DNA of 64,000 bases from Antedon mediterranea (taxonomy: Eukaryota > Animalia > Echinodermata): contig NC_092680.1 in assembly GCF_964355755.1 (NCBI RefSeq), positions 17,555,045 through 17,619,044 of the forward strand, read 5' to 3'. Made by a program: the position numbers and the translations under genes. The notes below the pieces were generated by a model, which saw only the letters and a list, made by a program, of their open reading frames with translations, was not told the DNA's origin and made no database searches. Position 1 is the first letter of the stretch. Each line of letters begins with the position of its first letter. This document shows, piece after piece, positions 36,972 through 47,987 of the stretch.

Positions 36972-39900
36972 TTATTGTTTGATGATCGTTGTTGGTTTAC
37001 TGCAGGTAAAACGGAACTGAAAAAAAAACAAAGCGTTTAAAATTAAAATAATCCGCAAATGATTTATCTTTGTATACACACATTGGAATATGGCCGCGTT
37101 ACATATTACTATGACTATGTGGCTATCTGGCCTCTCATGGAGACTTTGGAGTGAAATTATAAAAGCAAACATTATAGTAGGCCTAATATAAAAAAACAAG
37201 CATAAGGTAAATAGTTACATCTGGTTTACGATAAACTTTGTGGTATTCATCCACTCTGTATTCATTCAATGCAGAAGCATCTTTGCTTATTCCAACAAGA
37301 TTCACCAAACACATCGTTCCATCCAATGAACTACATCTTTCACACACTGGACCAAATAGATACTGATCATGAAAGTAATCCGGATTAAACGTCTGTAAGA
37401 TTATTTCTTCAATGAAAGTGTGCATTTTCTGTAAGATATTTACTGACTGACTCGGGATTTCTTTAGACACTGACAGCTTGATGATATGTCTATCGTATAA
37501 GAAAATACTATCGGATGAAACTGTTTCAGTGTTTATTTGAAAAAAAAAATGTTTCACTTGCTCTGAACCGTGCATAAATATTATTCCAATCAAACACATT
37601 GCAGCATTTTGCAATAAGTCGAAGAAATACAAATTCCTTTAACATTTCACCAAAATCGAAATAAAATATATCAGAAGTACGATCAACATAATCAAATTCA
37701 CGTTGTTGTAACTCAATTTTTGGCAATTTGCAAGGAAGACAAAATGTTCCAACTTGATCAACCTGATTAGTTATTGTAAGTGGAAACATAAGATGTGTTC
37801 CCACCAAGTACCGAATCACATAAGGATACACTCTCCAAATTCCTTTCATTCGGCAGATATGTTCAAAAAGTCTACTGTCAACAATTCCAGTTTCCAGCAA
37901 TCTCTGCCAAAGATCAGACACGAGTCTGTTTCTTTTGTGTGGTTCTGGAACATTCACCAATAATTTCAGAATGTCTATTAATACCTGAGGATCACAAACA
38001 ACATATTTCTGAAGTAGTTCATCAAGTTCATTGTATATGATATCTCCAGATTTATCAAAGAAATTCAGAAGTTGACGCACCTCATATTTCACAAAGATTT
38101 TGCTTGTTAAACTTAATTCATTTTCAATATCGTTTACACTCGTAATAATACACTGTCTTTGTCGAAATTCATTTAAAGTGTTTTTAAATAACAGGTCTTT
38201 TACAGAAAACATTTCGCAAAAGTATTTCAATCTTGTTACTTCATTATATATCCTTTCTCGTAAGATGTTAAGCTCATTATCAACGTTAAATGAGTTTTCA
38301 ATAAAAAAGCAAAGTCGTCCACTTGGATGAAAAGCAAGTAATCTTAAAAACCTTTTGTAAAGATGTGCATTTACACATCTCTCAAAGGTGGAAAACGCAT
38401 TTTCATTACGTACACTTCCTCTTCTTGTTCCTACAAGAAACACTACAACATTCTCAATATCAACATGCATAGCAATAGATTGTAACCAGAATTGTAACCG
38501 TTTAATATGTCTATGAGGATTAGAAATCGCTGCTACAGCATTGAAAACAACCAAGTATACGCCTTGCTTTGGCATAAAAAGATGGTGTGTATTATAGTAC
38601 ATTTCTTGTCCTGCAAAATCCCATAAACTTAGTCTGGCATCAATGTAACATTCGTTTCGTAGATCTGCTTTCATTGATTTTCTGATATGCACTACTGGTA
38701 TTGATGACGTAGATTTTACTTTCATGTAAGAATGACACTCGTAGATAATAAACCCCAAAATTGGTGCAGCAAATGACAACACTTTAAGCAAATATTTTGA
38801 AAGGTTATAGTCTTTCTCTACGTTAGTTAGATGGTCCAAATTGTCAAATTTCCAACCACACATTTTGCCAATATAAACCCCAGAAATAAACCAGATAGCC
38901 TTTTTAAAAAGGTAGTGTTCAGGGAAATAGTCATACGCCACAAATTTCCTTTCTATAAAAACTCCACAAATTATAAAAAACACCAATGAAATAAAGCAAA
39001 AAAATGTAAATATGTCAACAAAATTATGGCTTCCAAAATATATTGCTGTTGTTATAAGCATTATATTTAGTATAAATACAAGGACCAACTTTCTTCGACT
39101 AAGTGAAAATATTTTGGTATGCACAATTCTAAAAATAACCATTAAAATAACGGCAGCAATCACAAACTCAATGTATATTATATTGTAAATGAATGATATT
39201 TTTTCTAAAAAAACTTCAATAGAAATAATATGCTGTTTTGGATGTACCATGAGACAAAAAGCTAAACAAATACCAGTCCTACCACCTGCACTCATAAGCA
39301 CACCAACAAGGAACGAACCCAACCCATACAAGCACGACCATAACAACAGTCATATAAAGCCATATATTTAGCTCAACGACAGGTTGCTGAGCAAATTTTT
39401 CATTCAATTGTGTAGCACTGTCTATGAATACCATACATATTGCGTACCCACATCCAAAGCGATAGGCGGTGTGAACACCAACAATTCTTGAAAGATAAAT
39501 AATGTATAGCCATGCAACTGGTCCGAACCCGAAAGAAAGTCCACCAAACCAGAAAATTATAGTCATAGGAATAAACTGAAACAGCAGGTAAGTTATGTCC
39601 TCAAATATTTTTCGGATCGACACATTTACATCATTATCAGGTTTATTAAGTGCTGTTGGTAGCTTATCTTTGCTCTGTTTAAGAACACGCGATACTGTCC
39701 ACCACGCTGCTGAACTTTCATAGTCTTCTAAAGGAGTGTTTGTTACTTCACACCATTTACTATTAACATCACTGACTTTCGACTGTACTGTGTTTGTTTC
39801 TATTCCGATTGTATTAGGCTCTTCTGGCCGAAAATCTTTGTCTCGAAAACGCCTACAAGTCGACGTTTTTCCGGCACCATGATCACCAAGAATAAGAACC

Positions 39901-40049
39901 TTGGTTCTGTTAAATGGTACTTTTCCTCTTTCTTGAGCAGTTTTATAAGCTTCTTTAATCTCATTATCGTCTGCTAAAACTCGCATGTTAAAACTTCGCT
40001 TGAAAGACTCAGCAAATCCTCTCAAATAATTCAAATGGTTTTTATCCAT
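36972..40049 (-). pseudogene. TM-Roco copy 4, two frameshifts (terminal exon 37016-36972)
   Basis: Overlapping ORFs 39279-40049, 37526-39346 and 37183-37632. There is a 2-bp deletion at ~39333 (agcacgacc vs agcaaacgacc), a +1 in an A10 run at 37540-37549 and a 9-bp in-frame deletion (YNC). Intron 37017-37218; last exon FRFTCSKPTTIIKQ*. Confidence 0.85.
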
Positions 40050-40299
40050 CTCATGGGACTATCTTTAACTTGGCTGAGTAGCATCAAATCTTGTGCTATA
40101 TAAAATAATGTCAATATTAACATATTTTAACAACAACTAACATGTTATTGGTCACAATTTCGACATATCTGATCAAGAATCCGGTGATATTTCATACTTA
40201 CTCTGTTACTTATGACAGTATTGTATTGTCCAGTAGCTCTCGATCTGTATTTGAATAATTTTGCTTGAACTGGTACTATTTTTCATTAAAAAAATAATA

Positions 40300-40670
40300 T
40301 ATATGGACTGTCAAGGACTCAAACATACACTATAATATTAAATGGAAAATGTTAAAACAATGTTAAGCTTACTCAAATGTAACTAAGCGATGTAATTTGT
40401 GTCTATATGAAAAATACATTACCATATGTTATCCTAAACTAGGCTAAAAAATGAACTGGTATCTACTTGTAGACATGGAAAGACATTTCTAATTAATAAC
40501 ACAAAAAGAACCACAAACAATAGGCAATTATAAACAATTAAACAATTCGACTTGCTGCCCATAGATGTTATGTAACCCTGTAGAGCTGTGTCAGTTATTG
40601 TTGTACTTTTGACCTGACGAGTGTGTTAGCTTGGCTAGCATTATGAAACAAATTTGTAGTCAATTAAGTA
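40300..40670 (+). mobile_element. Penelope-like element 3' fragment (GIY-YIG endonuclease tail + hammerhead)
   Basis: Translates KWKMLKQC*AYSNVTKRCNLCLYEKYIT...NELVSTCRH, matching the C-L-C-EK...C-R-H tail of PLE endonucleases, and is followed by a hammerhead. Confidence 0.75.
40609..40663 (+). ncRNA. Type I hammerhead ribozyme
   Basis: UUGAC-CUGACGA-stem II(GUGUGUUAGC-UUG-GCUAGCAUUAU)-GAAA-CAAAUUUG-UA-GUCAA. Stem I is UUGAC/GUCAA and the core is intact. Confidence 0.8.
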
Positions 40671-40671
40671 C

Positions 40672-40712
40672 CATGAAGCATAGAGATCACTATAATATCT
40701 CTATGCATGAAG
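40672..40712. mobile_element. DNA-transposon (P-like) excision footprint or micro-element
   Basis: catgaag-[CATAGAGAT-cactataat-ATCTCTATG]-catgaag: a 27-bp element with 9-bp inverted ends between 7-bp direct repeats. Confidence 0.65.
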
Positions 40713-40858
40713 TAACCAAGTTTAATTTTTATTTGTATTTATATATATATATAAATCATACTGTAAGTTATAGAAACAGTGCTCATATTCGGATCTCATA
40801 ATCGCGTCGAGCATAGCTCATTGGCGAAAGCTCCGTATTTTTTAGTTGTATGAAAATA

Positions 40859-40930
40859 TGTCTCTGGCGGGATTCGAACCTGCAACATCTCGCTTACAGG
40901 GCGAGTATCATACCACTAGACCACAGAGCC
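40859..40930 (-). mobile_element. tRNA-Thr(TGT)-like sequence in repeat (paralogue of 28330-28401)
   Basis: Reverse complement of the same cloverleaf, with shared flanks. Confidence 0.6.
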
Positions 40931-43192
40931 ATATAATATACCATAATAATAATACCATATTATGGTATTATCACAGATTTTCACCAACCAGATACATCCT
41001 CTCATACAACATACACCCTCACAATTAGTGGATGCTTAACAAGTCAGAATAAATTCCAACTTTAATTCGCAACGGTTTTAAAAATAATAATGTGTATATT
41101 TAAATCAATTGTGTTGCGTAGCACTGTGTAAATTATATATAAATCATACTGTAAGTTATAGAAATTGTGCTCATATTCGGAACAATGCTGTGGGTCTCAA
41201 TAGAGATACAAAAAAAAAAAACCCCGAAAAGCTATAGATATATATATATACTGGTACATTGTAAATAAGTATACAACGAACCTCAAAATAGTGACTTTAA
41301 AAATAAACTTTAGAAACTACAGGCTACTGTACTTATTGGCTTCTAAACAATCACAAAATTGCCAAATAATAAAAATGTTCCTACCCGGGAATATGAACAT
41401 ATACTCATGGCTTAATCCATGATGATATAGGCCTACTGTAGTTTAGTTTATGATTATTACATTTTTGTTCTGTACAGTTGGCCAGACTATATTTACACAG
41501 AATGTTTACTAATGATTGAAAATATTTGATTAAATAAATCATTATCTCAAGAAAGAACAATGATTAAAAATGTTAATAAAAAAGTCGAGAGGTGTTTTAT
41601 GTAAAAAATATTTCTTATTACATTTGTTTCTTTTTCTATAACATTGAGTAAACATTGTATAAACAACCCATGCAAAAATCACCATCATATATTCCCAACT
41701 TAATTATACGTAGATCTTCAGTCTTTAGGAGATCTCTAGGTCGACTACTAATAGTACATTTGTTCAGCCTTTGGAGTTGCAGCTCCTAACTGTGGAACAG
41801 TCTTCCTAACTCCATTAAAAATGCACAATCTATCGAAGTTGTCAAAACTGTTTATTTTAAAGCGCTTTGGGATATATATACATTTGACAACATTAACATG
41901 CAAGGAATCTAAGTTTCATGAAATGGATAATGTTTTTAAACATTAAAACTTAACTTAAAAGTATAGAATTGATTGTAATCTTACCTAAGCCTACTCGGTA
42001 GACTTAATATCCCCTGAGTGATCAGTTCAATTTATTTCCTTAATGCTGGATATATTGGAGGACTCGGAGCAACACGTACCGTTTAAGAACTTAGGTTAAT
42101 TACTAACTTCTATGTCCAAACAATAAATCGAAACTGGTCTATCTGCTTAAAATCTTGAAGTTCATACTTTATCGATACTTAATCAATCTTCCTCTCTCTA
42201 TTCGGACTACACTGATCCATTTGTAGATACACAACCAACAAATGTACAACAAATAAAAGTAACGTACTAACCATTGAATCAAACAAATTTATTTCCCGGT
42301 TCGTCAATCCCTGACATTTATTCTTTAAATGACAAAGGCATAATCCTACGTTATAAAAACCTTACCTCACAAATATATTATTATACATTATAATATTGTT
42401 AATAATTGACAAAGGCTTAATAGCACTCTAGAAGAAGGAACGAACTACATTTGTGATCAGCAAACAGACGGAAATCAGATGATACGTATTAAGTATTTTT
42501 TGAGAGATAAAAGAACCTGAAGAAACGAATTGACTTATTCAGAACGATTGTTGTGTGCATGACTCATTTATCTATTTTATTTTTTCGTATCATTTTCTAT
42601 ACATATTTTCAGGTAGTTTTTGGGTTGTCCCTTTGCTCTCTTTGCTTTTCGCTGATATATTAGAATCTACTGTAATTTGATTGAATTCTTCAATTAGAAT
42701 TCATTGGTTCTCTCGCAATAAAGCTAATGCAAAGGCACAACATAGTATATCACTTATAATAATGGACATTTCATTATTATTTATTTCTTTATTATAATAT
42801 TACTTTTAATATGTTACTATCAGATACTATAAGTTACATATCAGTTCTTTTGTTTGTAATGTGTGTCTGTTGTTTATACAATTCATTCCTTACTCAAAAG
42901 CAATACATTAGCTCAAGATCTGTTATAATTTTAAATACAATTATCCACTTTTAAAGACATAATAGTGTAAGTATACAGTCACAAAAGGTAATTTTATAAA
43001 CAGACAAAGGGTATATTCCCCTTAAGTCCCTAGGTATTTTTATCAAATGGTATAAAATAAGTATGTAGTAGATCATACATAAAACCATAAAAGGCAATAA
43101 CAATGCTACCCTGCTTGTTAAAGTGTAATCAGGTGATTTGGGTACGATAATATTTAATTTTAAGTATTTGTAAAATAAAAAGCTATACACCT

Positions 43193-43440
43193 AAATAAAT
43201 TCCTGTCATTTGATTGGACGATCGTGGGTCACATGGCGTGCAATACAGTAGTACGCACTATTAAACGATCGTTTAATAGTAGGCCTATTTTTGCGAATGT
43301 TATTTTTATGACTGGTTTAGCAATGAAAGTACATTTTTGGAGAGATAAATACTGTATGTACTAATTTAGATCAAAAAAGCATTTAAATTAGCTTTAGATC
43401 ATTTTTAGGATTTTGATTAATTAATGGGAACATCTCTACC
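43193..43440 (+). repeat. Dispersed repeat, inverted copy at ~7800-8046
   Basis: Both copies share aaataaattcctgtcatttgattg...gtacgcactatt and aaaaaagcattt.aattagctttagatc. Confidence 0.6.
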
Positions 43441-43899
43441 AGATGTGGAATCGTTGGAAAGAAACAAATAATTTTAAAATAATACTTGTTGCAGGATTTA
43501 GCTTTTTTTTATTATTTATGTTTTAGTTTTTAGGCTAGTTAGGGACGTAGGGGGACACAATTTATCAAGCTCTTTTGAGTTTTTATGTGTTTCCTTTTCA
43601 TCTTTATTTTATGTTCTCATATATTGTTGTATATTTTCATGATTGATGTTGAATAAAGAATATTTGAAATTTGAAATTAGCCTAGAAAAGTTCTAAGTGT
43701 CTGTCGAAGTTTTGCCTTGCAGCCTAGCTAATACCTTGAACTATGGGTAATATGCATAACCAAAAAGATGTTCACAAAGAAACACATTACAAAAGTAAGA
43801 CAAGATTTAATGGTACGTTTTGTATTAGTCTTTCTTGAATTAGGTGTGTTTAAACGAACAGATTGGCATTATGTTAATCAACTATAAGTAACACCTTAA

Positions 43900-44824
43900 T
43901 CTATATATAAATGTACGTAAGGGCAAAATTCGGTAAATTGCGCGTTATTTCAAGAATGTTTACTCGATGGTATAAAGTTGGTTCATACTTTCGGTACAGA
44001 TTGTAACCACACGACGTAATCCTGTTCAATAATTAAATTGAGTTAGATCATAAGTTATTGACAATTAAAACTAATCGGTTCAACGATTTGTCCCAAATGG
44101 GGGTGTTTTCCGATCGTGGTAGACACTGTCTAATGGATGTCCATCTTGAAAAATACCCGCACACAATAATACGAGGATGCTTCGCATTTTCCTATCTCCT
44201 CCTACGATAATTGTTTTCAATAGGTGAAAATCCGTTTAACAGATCGAGTACAGCCTCATAATGTTGAAGATAGGTTGATTTTCTAAAAAAAATACTATTT
44301 TAATATACGTTTATACAAATGTATTGATTTGCAATGAATGGAACATTCCAATATCTCAGTTGGTTTAACACAAGTAGGTAAATTTATGGGCCATTAGGGG
44401 ATAAGCTTGAAATATTTAGATATAAAACATGAAAACAATATTTCGTTACTGAGTGGATAAAGAATAAAGGCCTATTTAAAAATTGTTTCTCTTTGTACCA
44501 TCCTCTTCCCATTCTCTCAACCCGAATGTTATTACAAACAAAACACAAATTGTTTAAAATCAGTCCAAATAAAAAAACGTAGACTTATTTTGTGACAAGT
44601 TTCTCTTTCGAAATAATTCCCAAGGTGATAATTTTAGTTGACTACATAAATTATCGTGTCTATTTATTTATTTCTCTGTAAACGAAAATCATGTATTATA
44701 GTCCTGCAGTACGTACATTTGAAATCACCAGTTTTTTTACGCCGAAATTACTGTGTATTTGAGAACCATCTGTGGGCGCGGCACGACCTAGATGGGACGC
44801 GATTGAAGCGAGCGTATCATCTAG
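43900..44824 (+). mobile_element. Complete non-autonomous Helitron (~925 bp)
   Basis: 5' A|TCTATATAT, 3' GC-rich imperfect hairpin then CTAG|T, no TSD. A second copy lies at 26368-27327. Confidence 0.8.
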
Positions 44825-44902
44825 TTATGTTAATTTACTGTACCGTTTGCATAGATGTATATAATATACAACTGAATGGATACAGAAGATACATACACTA
44901 TT

Positions 44903-47900
44903 TTATTGTTTGATGATCGTTGTCGGTCTACTGCAGGTAAAACGGAACTGAAAAAACAACAAAAAACAAAGCGTTTAAAATTAAAATAATACACAAATTA
45001 ATGATTTATCTTTGTATACACACATTGGAATATGGCCGCGTTACATATTACTATGACTATGTGGCTATCTGGCCTCTCATTGAGACTTTGGAGTGAAATT
45101 ATAAAAGCAAACATTATAGTAGGCTTAATAGAAGAAAAAAAGGTAAAATAGTTACATCTGGTTTACGATAAACTTTGTGGTGTTTATCTGGTCTGTATTC
45201 ATCCAATGCAGAAGCATCTTTACTTATTCCAACAAGATTCACCAAACACATCGTTCCATCCAATGAACTACATCTTTCACACACTGGACCAAAAAGATGC
45301 TGATCACGAAAGTAATCCGGATTAAATGTCTGTAAGACTATTTCTTCAATGAAAGTATGCATTTTCTGTAAGATATTTACTGACTGACTCGGGATTTCTT
45401 TAGACACTGACAGCTTGATGATATTTCTATCGTATAAGAAAATACTGCCAGAAGAAACTGTTTTAGTGTTTATTTGGAAAAACAATGTTTCACTTGCTTT
45501 GAAATGTGCAGAGTTATAATATATTCGAGTCCAATCAAAAAAATGGCAGCATTTTGCAATAAGTCGAAGAAATATAAATTCTAGCAAAACTTCACCAAAA
45601 TCGAAATAAAATATGTCAGAAGTATGATCACTATAATTAATTTCATCAATTTTGGGCAATTTGCAAGGAAGACAGAATGTTCCAACTTGATCAACTTGAT
45701 TAGTTATTGTAAGTGGAAACATCAACTGTGTACCCACCAAATACTTAATCACATAAGGATAAACTCTCCAAATTCCTTTCATTCGGCAAATGTGTTCCAA
45801 TAGTCTACTGTCTACAATCCCTGTTTCTTGTAATCGCTGCCAAAGATCAGACACGGCTCTGTTTCTTTTGTGTGGTTCAGGTACATTCACTAATAATTTC
45901 AGAATGTCTATTAATACCTGAGGATCACAAACAACATAATTCTGAAGTAGTTCATCAAGTTCATTGTATATGATATCTCCTGATTTATCCAAGAACTTCA
46001 AAAGCTGACGTACCTCAAATTTCACAAAAATAGTGCTTGTTAACTTTAATTCATTTTCAATATCTTTTATACTCACAATAACGGACTGTCTATGACGAAA
46101 TCCATTTAACGTGTTTTTAAATAATAAGTATTTTAAAGAAAACTTTTCACAAAAGTATTTCAATTTCGATACTTCACTATATACCCTTTCTCGTAAGATG
46201 TTAAGCTCCTTATCAATTTTAAATGCATTTTCAATAAAAAAGCAAAGTCTTCCACTTGGATGAAAAGCAAGCAATCTTGAAAATCTTTTGTAAAGATGTG
46301 TATTTACAAATTTATCAAACGTAGAAAACGCTTTTTCATCACGTACACTCCCTCTTCTTGTTCCTACAAGAAACACTACAGCATTCTCAATATCAACATG
46401 CATAGCAATAGATTGTAACCAGAATTGTAGCCGTTTAATGTATCTATCAGGATTAGAAATCGCCGCTACAGCGTTGAAAACAACCAAGTATACGCCTTGC
46501 TTTGGCATAAACAGATGGTGTGTATTATAGTACATTTCTTGTCCTGAAAAATCCCATAAACTTAGTCTGGCATCAATATTTGTTTCATTTCGAAGATCTG
46601 CTTTCATTGATTTTCTGATATGCAGTATTGGTATTGATGACGTAGTTTTTACTTTGACATAAGCTAATAACTCATAGATAATAAACGCAACAATTGGCGC
46701 AAAAAATAAAAAGTCCAAACAATACCGTGATTTTGAATGATTATGGCCATTGATTACATTAATTAAATTGTTTTTATTTCCAAATTCCCAGCCACATATT
46801 TTTGCTAAACATATCCCCGCAATAAAACCAAAAGATTTCTTTAAAATGTAATTTTCAGGCACATAGCCGTAAGCCATAACCTTTCTTCCTAATAAAACCC
46901 CGGATGTTAACGAAAATACAATTGCAAGCAAGCAAAATAAAATAGATATGTCAACAAAATTGTTTCTTCCGAAATAACATGTCGTTGCAATGATAATGAT
47001 TATGTTAAGTAATAACACAATAGTAAACTTTCTTCGACTAATTGAAAATATTTTTGTGTGAATGCTTCTATAAATTACTGTTATAATTACAGCAGAAATG
47101 ACGAATTCAATATATAGTTTGCAAATAAATGACAGTTTTTCTAAAAAGAATTCCATAGAAATAATGTATTGTTTTGGATGTACCATGATGCACAATGCTA
47201 AACAGATACCCGTTCTACCACCTGTACCTATGAGCAATCCGACGATGAACGAACCCAATCCATACAAGCAAACAATCATTAGTGGTGCTGTCACATAAAC
47301 CCATGTATTTAACTCCATACTTTGTACGTGTTCAGTCTGCTCACTTAATTGTGTTGCTTTATCTACAAGGACCATCACTATAGTGCATCCACAACCAAAG
47401 CGATATGCACTGTGGACATCACATATTGTCATAATACAAACTATGTATAACCACACGACTGGACCAAACCCGAATGTAAACCCACCAAAACACAGTATGA
47501 CAGTAAAAGGGATCAGATACAACATTAGATAACACGTCTCCTCCAGTAGCTTTCGGATTGATAATGTATTTGTGTCAGACGAACTAAAGACTCTCGATAT
47601 CTTACGTTTACTCTGTTGGAGCACATGTGATACTGTCCACCACGCTGCTGAACTTTCATAATCTTCAAGTGGAGTGCTGGTCACTTCACACCATTTACTA
47701 TTAACATCACTAACGTTCACGGAAACAGTGTTTGTTTCTATTTCGACTGTACTAGGCTCTTCTGGTCGAAAATCTTTTCCTTGTAAACGCCTGCAGGTTG
47801 ACGTTTTCCCGGCACCATGATCACCCATAATAAGAAGCTTGGTTCTGTTAAATGGTACTTTTCCTCTTTCTTGAGCAGTTTTGTAAGCTTCTTTAATCTC

Positions 47901-47987
47901 GGTATCGTCTGCTAAAACTCGCATGTTAAAACTTCGCTTGAACGATTCAGCTAATCCTTTCAAGTAATTCATCATCTTTTTATCCAT
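44903..47987 (-). CDS. TM-Roco copy 5 (intact; exons 47987-45156 and 44947-44903; 958 aa)
   Basis: Uninterrupted ORF with GDHGAGKTS, STVEIE, WDFSGQ and VGTRRG. Intron 44948-45155 (GAT|gtaact...ttcag); last exon FRFTCSRPTTIIKQ*. Confidence 0.9.

Noticed and set aside
8228-47987. Prokaryotic defence island or bacterial contamination
   Set aside because: Spliceosomal introns, SINEs, LINEs and a Nav gene indicate an animal nuclear locus.
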